Source of the DNA: Amoeboradix gromovi X-113
Taxonomy: Eukaryota; Fungi; Sanchytriomycota
NCBI GenBank assembly: GCA_018985225.1
Contig: JADGIF010000212.1
Location: forward strand, 1 to 14,327
Reading direction: 5' to 3'
DNA length: 14,327 nt
Numbering within the stretch: the first letter of the stretch is position 1; each line of letters begins with the position of its first letter. The notes under the pieces were generated by a model. The model saw only the letters and a program-made list of their open reading frames with translations. It made no database searches and had not been told where the DNA came from. This document shows, piece after piece, positions 1 to 8,400 of this stretch. A program made the translations under genes and the position numbers.

Positions 1-143
1 TAATTTCTTTTATGCAACTCTTTATTGCCGAGAAAAGTATTTGACAAAACGATTGCAATCAAATTATTGAACCGAGTTACAGAATATGGCACAAATTCTT
101 GACCTCGTACAAATTATAGAATGCTTAATTTGAAACACATCAA

Positions 144-2162
144 ATGAATCTCCAAGTATCTCAGAATAAACTTATGAACGAAAAGGTAGTGCTGGAGGCA
201 TCGATTCGTAGTAATACTGAGAAGATACTAGGAAATAGTAAAAAATCTCTGGAATATTTATCTGAAATGGTAGTCGATGCTGAGAAAATTCAGGACGCAT
301 CAATTTTAAAACAAGATTTTCAGACAATTGCTAGCATTAAGAATATACAGCACTTGGCTCTTCTATACCATCATCTCAAGTCTACAGAAACTATATGTAG
401 CCAGTTGGCTGGCTTAAAAAAGAGATACAGATCTGTTTCTTTGATTCTAAAAACTTGCCTCCTGGAACCTTTGGGATCTAAAGATGTTCTCTTATATGTG
501 CACTTTGAACTGATACAACTTCTCCAGCTGCAGCAACATCTTCTAACTACGGCACCAATCGAGGTACACCCACTAGTTTCTCAACATTTCCTTAAACTGG
601 ATAAACTGTTTAGAGGTTTCGACAAGTTAATTATTCATTTGATGGCTAACCTATATGAACTAGAATCTGAGCTGATGGTTAAAATGATGAAGATCATTCA
701 TATTAGCGATGAAAGAGGTGCAGGGAATTATAAACAAGTTTTATTTGACATGATTCACGATCTCGTCGCCAAAAGACTTCAAGAACCACTTTCGGCAACT
801 GATAACATTTCAAAAGACCAGCTGGATTCAATACTGGCAATGATGGTAGACGACTTGTTGTTTGTGCGTGAGCAGGTTATCCCAAAAGCTCCACCTTCTT
901 TCAAGCTGTTTCCATTCTTTGCGTTAGAATACCATCGAGCGATATACAACTATATCAATAAAGTACTCAAGAATAATGTTGATGCGGGTACTTTGCTAAG
1001 CATCCTTCAATGGACACAAACTTATTATAAAGTGTTGGAGGAGAAATGTAACATTGCACAAGAGTCACTAAAACCACCACTATTAGATAACCAAGAGCAG
1101 CTACTCCAGAAGGATGTTGTACACTTATTACAGGACACTCTAAAGCAATGGATACAGAACTTGTTGGAGTCAGAAACTAAAGAATTCTTAATTCGTGTAA
1201 AGCAGCCAGAATCAGATGCAGATGGAAAATACCAAATGAATGTACCTACGATCTTATTTAATATAATCAATCAGCAAATTGAAGTCATATTAAGCACTAA
1301 CCAGATAAAACTGATTCAAGCAGTCATTGATGCTTGCTTTGATGCTATGCAAATGTTTATTGTGAACTTCAAAAGATTGGTAACTGAGGAGTACAACAAG
1401 CTTATTAAGGCTCCTGCTTCAATATATGAAGGACTCGCTGACTATTTGATTGCAGTAGCTAATGACTTCATCAGATGCGCTGATCATACAGACGTGCTGA
1501 TGCAGAGGTGTACTAGATGGCCACATGAGGTACAGGATACAAGTAAACTGAGATTGGATGAAGTTCAAAAAACATTCGTAGATGCATCTAGATACGTTGT
1601 GGGGCTGTTGAATGGTATGATTATTCATGATTTACAGGAAGTGAGCAAATTCATGTTTTTGCAAGAATGGTACGGTAGAAATGACTTACCAGCAATCGAG
1701 GCGACACTCCATGATTACTTGCAAGACTTTAAATTACATCTAATCGAATTTTGTTTCTCAAAGCTGGTATCTGAACTTATGGAGCAACTTGTTATTGTCG
1801 TGTTAACAAATATGAAACAAAAGAAGAGCGTATTTACACAAGACACCATGCTGATAAGAACGTGGGTGGATAAAATACAAAACACATTCGTGCAATACAA
1901 ATCAGAGGGAAAAGTACAAAGAGCAATAGATCCTCTGTTAAAGATGGTAAATTTACTGACTGCAGATGGGTCTAGCATGTTTGTGGATGCGTATTCGTTA
2001 TACAAGGCATATCCGGATGTTAAAATTGAATTTCTAGAACAGGTGCTGTATAAAAGAACAGACATTCAATCAAAAGAGATAAAAAATACATTGGAATCTT
2101 TGAAAGAAAAAATGATGGAGAAAAACAGGTCAGGACACACTGTTTTTTCTTTGATAACTTAA
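144..2162 (+). CDS. SEC6: Exocyst complex component Sec6 (EXOC3)
   Basis: 672-aa helical ORF. It has Sec6-like segments PESDADGKYQMNVPTILFNIINQQI, YLIAVANDFIRCAD and F..EWY...LPAIEATLHDYLQDF, and a C-terminal YPDVKIEFLEQVLYKRTD. The stop TAA overlaps AATAAA (2161-2166). The exact start is slightly uncertain. Confidence 0.88.
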   Translation: MNLQVSQNKLMNEKVVLEASIRSNTEKILGNSKKSLEYLSEMVVDAEKIQDASILKQDFQTIASIKNIQHLALLYHHLKSTETICSQLAGLKKRYRSVSLILKTCLLEPLGSKDVLLYVHFELIQLLQLQQHLLTTAPIEVHPLVSQHFLKLDKLFRGFDKLIIHLMANLYELESELMVKMMKIIHISDERGAGNYKQVLFDMIHDLVAKRLQEPLSATDNISKDQLDSILAMMVDDLLFVREQVIPKAPPSFKLFPFFALEYHRAIYNYINKVLKNNVDAGTLLSILQWTQTYYKVLEEKCNIAQESLKPPLLDNQEQLLQKDVVHLLQDTLKQWIQNLLESETKEFLIRVKQPESDADGKYQMNVPTILFNIINQQIEVILSTNQIKLIQAVIDACFDAMQMFIVNFKRLVTEEYNKLIKAPASIYEGLADYLIAVANDFIRCADHTDVLMQRCTRWPHEVQDTSKLRLDEVQKTFVDASRYVVGLLNGMIIHDLQEVSKFMFLQEWYGRNDLPAIEATLHDYLQDFKLHLIEFCFSKLVSELMEQLVIVVLTNMKQKKSVFTQDTMLIRTWVDKIQNTFVQYKSEGKVQRAIDPLLKMVNLLTADGSSMFVDAYSLYKAYPDVKIEFLEQVLYKRTDIQSKEIKNTLESLKEKMMEKNRSGHTVFSLIT

Positions 2163-2409
2163 TAAATCGTGTTATTATTGCGATATCTCTAATCTAGTAT
2201 AGCAGTTCTTTGTTTTAGTTGATTAAATGATTTAAAATGAGCGCATGACTCTATCGCTTCAGCCAACCAAATATTTGAAGTTTTCTAATTGAATAAAAAG
2301 ATATTTTTGTTTATCATAATTTAGTGAAACCATTTACTGCTCAATGTGTTGAAGGTGTAGAGCTCTAAATAGTAGTAGTTTGGGAACAAATGAATGTAAG
2401 CTTTTCTCG

Positions 2410-2615
2410 TTTGGAAGTGGAGAGAGATCATACGGTGGCACGACAATACACTTAAATATGACTACCTCTATATAGTCCCGCCACAAGGTGCTGGAAGCGT
2501 GAGCCTTCGCTGTAGCAGATTGACTGGTTTTTTTTGGTTTTTCATTCAAAAATTTTGATTTCTCCCAATTTAAAGAAGAGCTGTGGAAAATTCGTAAATC
2601 AATTTTCAAGGGGGT
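2410..2615 (+). pseudogene. Copy A of an unidentified dispersed element (decayed coding relic or structured RNA)
   Basis: 2446-2516 aligns with the reverse complement of 13732-13803 at 47/72 identities with one gap. The core 2487-2504 matches at 17/18. Collinear GSG (2413-2421) and LWK (2581-2589) blocks flank it. It is frameshifted relative to copy B, and its boundaries are approximate. Confidence 0.5.
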
Positions 2616-2624
2616 TACACTTAA

Positions 2625-3287
2625 ATGGATCATAATGACGATTTGGAAGTCAATTTCATGAATGAAAGAATTGAAAGGACCAAGCTAAAATCCTTAGAAT
2701 CATCAAGACAGACTGTAAGAAAGTTGAAGGAATCTGAAGATATGGCAGAGCGTAATGTTGTCGCTCTGGCTCAACAATCTAATCAAATTACAAATGTAGA
2801 GGTTGGAATAGCAAAGGTTTCACTAAACGCAGACAAAGCCATTAATAGAACTGACGAGTTGAAAAGATTACAGAAAAATTTCATATCATCTGCATTGAAT
2901 CCCGGTAAAGTTATTGTAAACTGGAAGAGAAAGAGAACTATTAAAGAGGAGGAAAAGAAAATTGAGATGGTAAGGCGAATGGAAATCACTAAACTTTCTG
3001 AAAACAATAGCCGTGCTAACATGGTGCCGCATTCTAGCAAAAGACATGATTCTTCTTATCATCGTGACAGCGTTGCGCCTGATGAGACCCATGATATCCA
3101 CGAGCAAGAAATCAATCGCAACCTTAGTTATATGTCTACTTCTGTCAAAAGATTAAAAGAGATGACAGCAACAATGAATGCAGAATTGGAATCCCAAAAC
3201 TCTAGGCTAACAAATACAGGTAAAGATGCTCTGGAGATGGGTACTCGTGTACGTACTATCGAAACTAGGTTAAAGAAGATCAAGTGA
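2625..3287 (+). CDS. SEC9: Sec9/SNAP-25-like Qbc t-SNARE
   Basis: 220 aa with two SNARE heptad regions, SLESSRQTVRKL...LAQQSNQITNVE and EQEINRNL...RLKEM...ELESQNSRL. No transmembrane segment and no cysteines. Confidence 0.85.
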   Translation: MDHNDDLEVNFMNERIERTKLKSLESSRQTVRKLKESEDMAERNVVALAQQSNQITNVEVGIAKVSLNADKAINRTDELKRLQKNFISSALNPGKVIVNWKRKRTIKEEEKKIEMVRRMEITKLSENNSRANMVPHSSKRHDSSYHRDSVAPDETHDIHEQEINRNLSYMSTSVKRLKEMTATMNAELESQNSRLTNTGKDALEMGTRVRTIETRLKKIK

Positions 3288-3292
3288 TGGTG

Positions 3293-3304
3293 AATAAATT
3301 TATT
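3293..3304. terminator. Palindromic bidirectional poly(A) signal AATAAATTTATT
   Basis: A perfect 12-bp palindrome giving AATAAA on each strand. It sits in the 18-bp gap between the convergent stops of SEC9 (3287) and spliced FYV10 (3306). Confidence 0.7.
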
Positions 3305-3305
3305 A

Positions 3306-4383
3306 TCAAGTTATAAAAGCTCTTCTCAAATCTTTAAATAGATACAATTGACCAGTCCTTCCACATTTTATATGGCCGTTTTCTTTTATCATTTCTGTAC
3401 ATGCCTTGATTAAACAAAATTACCATTTCACTAACAACAAAACCACTAGGCAATACCATTGGCAAGTTATGCTCATTCATTACAGTTCCAGATATAGGGC
3501 ACCTTAAACAAGTGTTAGTTCTATGAGAAAATGGCAGTTTCTCGCTAAATGAGTGCAGATCAGGAGTGCAAACAGGACAATGTGGATGCTTATCTGGATG
3601 GCAAGTTTGAGTTTTAAGAGCTGCTAACCCTGCCTGCAAAGATAATATTAAAATGGGGTGCTGAGTCAAACCATGAATACTTGCAAAATCAGCTTGGAAT
3701 TGAGTTATCAGGGTATCCCATTGGGAATTGTCTAAAAATTTATAGTATATGCTGCATTTTGTGTCTAGCTTTGTGGTCAGCAACCCCATTAAATGATAAA
3801 TGTCTTGCTGATTATCATTTGCAAAGGCAGTAAAATGTTCTCTTGCATATGCGATCGCATCCATTGTACGATTGCTTTTAATTATGTGCACATACTCTTG
3901 TTGCCTGCATCTGAACTCTAACCCAGACTTGTTCTTTTTTAGTAAAGCCCTATTTTCAAAACACCAGGCTAGCAAAAGAGTGCAATCATGTTGCTCTAGT
4001 TTCTGAGTGATGTTTTGAAGCTCTTTAAACAAATTGACGTCACACAAGTTAGTCAGATCAGACTTCTGCATTAAATCATGGGCAGATTGATAACTTTTTA
4101 AATACACAAAATAGTCTACCAGCCATCTATTGAGCCTTGTATGTAATTCGTATTGATCTTGTTTCTCTACTCCGGCTAAATGGTTAATACGCTTCTCTAC
4201 TATTGACGCTTGTAAAAGTTCATCTTGAGAAGTTTGTAATAGTTTAGACTTCAGCTTTTTAAGTCTGTCCTTGTTGTAAGTCTGTGGCTGCTTTATTTCT
4301 TTTTCAACCCATTTGAGTGTGAGCCGGTTCGCTTTTTTCAACAGTTCAATTGGTACCTTAAGAAAACTATTTTGTAGGTCCAT
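3306..4383 (-). CDS. FYV10: GID/CTLH E3 ligase subunit Fyv10/Gid9/MAEA; two exons 4383-3424 and 3404-3306, 352 aa
   Basis: N-terminal LKVPIELL, LisH (RLNRWLVDYF), CTLH (LLAWCFENR...LEFRCRQQEY), CRA (LQAGLAALKT) and a degenerate RING (CPVC...LPFSH...CPISG..MNEHNLPMVLPSGFV). The family-typical end ACTEMIKENGHIKCGRTGQLYLFKDLRRAFIT* appears only after removing a 19-nt intron. Confidence 0.92.
3405..3423 (-). other. 19-nt spliceosomal intron GTAATTTTGTTTAATCAAG (phase 0)
   Basis: GT-AG borders. Removal restores the conserved Fyv10/MAEA C-terminus and places the stop 1 nt before an AATAAA. Confidence 0.88.
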
Positions 4384-4501
4384 GTATCAAAAAATCGTAG
4401 TTACATTAATTATCAATTGAAATCCCATTTATTCCCTTTCTTTTGTCCGATAGTTCAAGAGCATGTTTGAATGATAATAAATAGCCAATAAACAAATTTA
4501 C

Positions 4502-5335
4502 TTAGTTGCCAATTGTAGATTCTTCTTTAGCTAATATAAGCTCCACACAATTGAGTATTAATTGATTTACTTCTGTCCAATTTCTTTCAGATGCAAAAAC
4601 ATCCAAATGCCTAATAAGATAATAGACTCCAGTCTGAATAACACCTCGACGAATATCTGCAGAGCCATTTAACAGAATTATAAGAAGCTCGACAAATATT
4701 TTAGGAGGCTCTTTGATTTCCACGTCTTCTAATAAAAATATAAATTCCGAAATTTCATCTTTTTCGAATTCTTCCATGGCACGCTCATCATTAATTATCG
4801 ACTCATGAAATCCGATAACTGCCAACTGCCCTAGATACTCAGGTAAGAGATCAAGCAGTGGCACATGTGTGTCTTTATTAAACGCTAAATTCTTCATTAT
4901 GCCAATAACAAATGGATGGTTTTTAAAACTAGGCAGATATTCCAGTAGACTCCTATGTGACTCTTTTAACCTCGATACGTTAACTAGAACACCTAGCATG
5001 TGATCATGATCCGTGGTTACAAACTTGTTAAACTGAAAATGTTTAAAGATTTTCATATCAGTGTCCTCAAAGACCCTACTTAAATTCATTAGAACTTTGC
5101 ATGCGTCATCGCTCTTAATGCTAGCCTCCATCAAAGCATCTAGATTGATGGGGGCGTGCACTAATGACAAGTTGTACAATGGCTCATAACATTTTTTCTC
5201 CAAAAGCTGCGTGTACAATATTTCTTTCGTTTGAATAGAAAGCTGCCTAAAAGGAAGTGCAGTCAAGTACGACAATGCCTCACTTTTGACATTTGTATCT
5301 AGCAAAGATATTAAGTCATACACTGAATCATCCAT
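4502..5335 (-). CDS. HGH1: Hgh1/FAM203-like armadillo-repeat protein (eEF2 chaperone family), shortened and divergent
   Basis: 277 aa. VLVNVSR, GIMKNLAFNKDTHVPLL..LLPEYLGQLA and the C-terminal ELLIILL...IRRGVIQTGVYYLIRHL...NCVELILAKEE follow the Hgh1 pattern. Confidence 0.72.
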   Translation of the reverse strand: MDDSVYDLISLLDTNVKSEALSYLTALPFRQLSIQTKEILYTQLLEKKCYEPLYNLSLVHAPINLDALMEASIKSDDACKVLMNLSRVFEDTDMKIFKHFQFNKFVTTDHDHMLGVLVNVSRLKESHRSLLEYLPSFKNHPFVIGIMKNLAFNKDTHVPLLDLLPEYLGQLAVIGFHESIINDERAMEEFEKDEISEFIFLLEDVEIKEPPKIFVELLIILLNGSADIRRGVIQTGVYYLIRHLDVFASERNWTEVNQLILNCVELILAKEESTIGN

Positions 5336-5495
5336 CTGGACTCACTCCACAGTTTTATCCGTTAACCCAAATGTGAATTTCTTAAATAATTCATTGTTAC
5401 TCTAATCAATTCGAAATCCCACTTTTTCATGACCTTTGAGGCATGGTTCAATTTTGTTTGGTAACACTCACAATCAGTAGAAACACTAGCAATAG

Positions 5496-8400
5496 TTACT
5501 GGGGGTACAGCATTTGTTGATTGTCTATTGTAAATATAAGTATCTGATTATAGATTTTAACTTGTCGCTGAATGCTTTTAATGGTACCTTTAATTTCTTC
5601 ACTTATCACTAAGTCGTTAATTATCAACGCTTGATATAGCTGTTTGTATGTTACTTCCACCACATATACAGGTGCACTATGTATTGTGTCACTATAGTCT
5701 TTCAGTCTGTCCAGTATCTGTTGGACAGGCCTTTTATATATCTTTCTTTCAAAGTTTACAATATTTGCTGCCATTTTAATGTTTGTATTCTTGTTCAAGA
5801 TAGTATTCAGCTCTATTAAAATCTGCGACTGCTGTATTTCTCTCTCCGACTTTGACTGCAAGTCTCTCAATTTTACTATTTTTGAGTTCTTCATGATCAA
5901 TAGATGACTCAAGTTGCTATAACTGCTGTTGTTGTCAAAGTGATCAATGGGGCCTGTCCAAACATCACAACTTATGTCATTGTGTCTTAACATTTTCGCA
6001 ATTTCATGCTTTTCTTTTATTAGTCCGGGATCGTAACTGCATATCATAACAATTGAGTTTTCCTTAATGTCTTGAGAGTATCTCATTAGAAGAGGTATAC
6101 CAAACCTTACTGTATATGATGTTTGCTTGCTCTCGTTCATTTTATTCAAATCAAATTGTTGCTCACCAACTGCACCGACATGGACCTTGTCTTGGTTTTC
6201 TATGCACAATTGAAAATATATTCCATTGGCTTCCAGATGGGTAGGGGCTAAAATTGGATTCCACACAACATGGTCCTGTCCAATAAGCTGAATTATGAGC
6301 TTATCGACATTTGTTATTTTGGAGTATTTGTTGATAGAGCATGGCAAATCAAGGTCTTCAAAAGGCAGCCTCTGATTGTATTTATCTAATAGATTGTGAT
6401 CCACTACAGAGGGAATTTGTAAATCCCTGGTACTAAATCTGTGGCTAGGCAATAAATGCAAAACTTTAAATAACATTTGCCTGTCGGAATCGTTAGATGC
6501 GATAAGCTGCAATAGATCATTTAGGATTAAACAATGATTCAAGCACAAATACCAGTTTTTGATACCTAAATTATCCATTAAATCATTGCATAACATGACC
6601 GATTCCAAAACAGCAAATTTGTTAAATTCATCATCATCTACATTTCCTACGACAGCATATAATGACTGAGGTATTTGTCTAGGTTGATTTAATGCTGCAG
6701 AACTTCTATAGATATCATTTTGGATATATATCTTTGAAAATGGGAAATGTATCTTGGACAAAATGCGAGACAAGTTAACACTCTGATCCCAAGGCAACAC
6801 AACAGAAGCACCCAGTGGATCGATTAAAAATGCCGAATCAGTTGATCTCATTGTTTCCACCACATTTTGTGTATATGGCATCAGTAATGGTGGATTGTAC
6901 ATTATAGCGCCTCTGGCTATAAACAAGCGCTGCAACAACTGCTGCACTTTGTGCGTATGGCCTGACTGTGATACCAGATCCTGTATGTTAGCGTCTACGT
7001 CATATGTTGCATCCTTGAAGACCTTTACAGTTCTTTTTAACAACTCGCTAGTGACCTGTCTAATACCTGTTTGATTGCTCAAAACTATCTCTGTGGCTTT
7101 ACTTGTGTTGATTGCTTGTAAGGAATCAGGAAATATTCCAGAAGTTAGTAGGTCTGTACTTGTTGGCCTTTTTTCAGGATCATGGCATAACAGTGAGTTT
7201 ATTAAATTGTATTGCGTTCTTAACTTCATGTCAAAGTCATTGGGAAATTTGATTTCTGGCAGTCTTAAATCTTCTAGCACATGAACTCTTTGCATGCTAG
7301 TAGTAAACTTGTAGAATAATTCAAATAATATAATACCAAGCGAATATATATCTACTTTAACTGTAAAAGCAGTTTTTCTATTTGTCAGTTGGTTAGGATC
7401 GATGTAAAGCCGAGTCCCAACAGCATCTGTTGTTACTGACTTACTTTTACTGTGGTGACGCAAGGGAGAATTTAAAGTTGTTGAATTCTGTTTAGATATT
7501 TCCACCTGCGCAGTTACGAATATTGACAATCCAAAGTCACCTAGCTTGATGTTATCATACTTGTCAATAAACACATTCTTCGGATTCAGGTCACGATGTA
7601 TAATATTTATTGAATGTATATGCTGCAATGCCTCACATATCTGTTGAAAATACTTCCAAGCTTGCTCAGTAGATCTTATGTTTTTATCTATGGAATCTCT
7701 TAAGCTCAAATTATCGCAAAACTCCATTTGAATGTATAAAACCTCTTTTTGTTGAAAATCGTGGTCGTCATCATTGCTGGACTCCAAGATCTCGCCACTT
7801 TTCTTGAGAAACGAAACTTGTGGTGATATAAGTGCTGGTTGGAGATCTGCGTAGTCGAATTCGATCTCAACATCTGAATAAGATTTCCTTAAATATAAAG
7901 AATCGCTTTCTGAATCTAACTCTGACTCAGAACTAGAATTTTGTCTACTAGCGCTAGTGCTTTGATATTGTTCTAACCAAGAATGAAAGTAACGTACGCA
8001 TCTTGGCGAATCTATTTGGCTTAGCGATCTAATTTCTCTCGTAATCTGTTTATAAGATGAATGATTCTTATACAACTTGATTTTTTTTATTGCATAATAC
8101 TTTCCATCTAGTTTGTTAAGCACTTTATGTACAGTACCAAACCCACCGCTTCCTATCAGTGCTATTTCCTCAAAGTCTTTTATATATCTACTACTGTGGG
8201 GCACGAATGTGGAAGGAGTGTTCGGAGATATACCTAACTGCTCCAAGTAGGCATCATTTGACAGGTCCCGGGAATTGTAAATTGAGTTGAAAGTTTTACC
8301 ATCAAATAAGGCTGACTCCATCTTTTGCAGTTCGTTGAAGGAGGGTCTGTCTCTAGGATCTATGCTCGTACAGCTTGTTAATACATCTATAAATACGTTT

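Noticed and set aside
86-143. Upstream ATG plus a 13-nt GT-AG segment (107-119) as an extra SEC6 exon
   Set aside because: Splicing runs into an in-frame TAA at 126-128, and no AG follows the TTAAT nearby.
2460-2478. GACTA...ATATAGTCC resembling group I intron P7
   Set aside because: There is no room for P3/P8, no other core elements, and it is not conserved in copy B.
2334-2633. 99-aa minus-strand ORF
   Set aside because: It overlaps the SEC9 start, has no recognisable motif, and is antisense to the relic element. It cannot be fully excluded.
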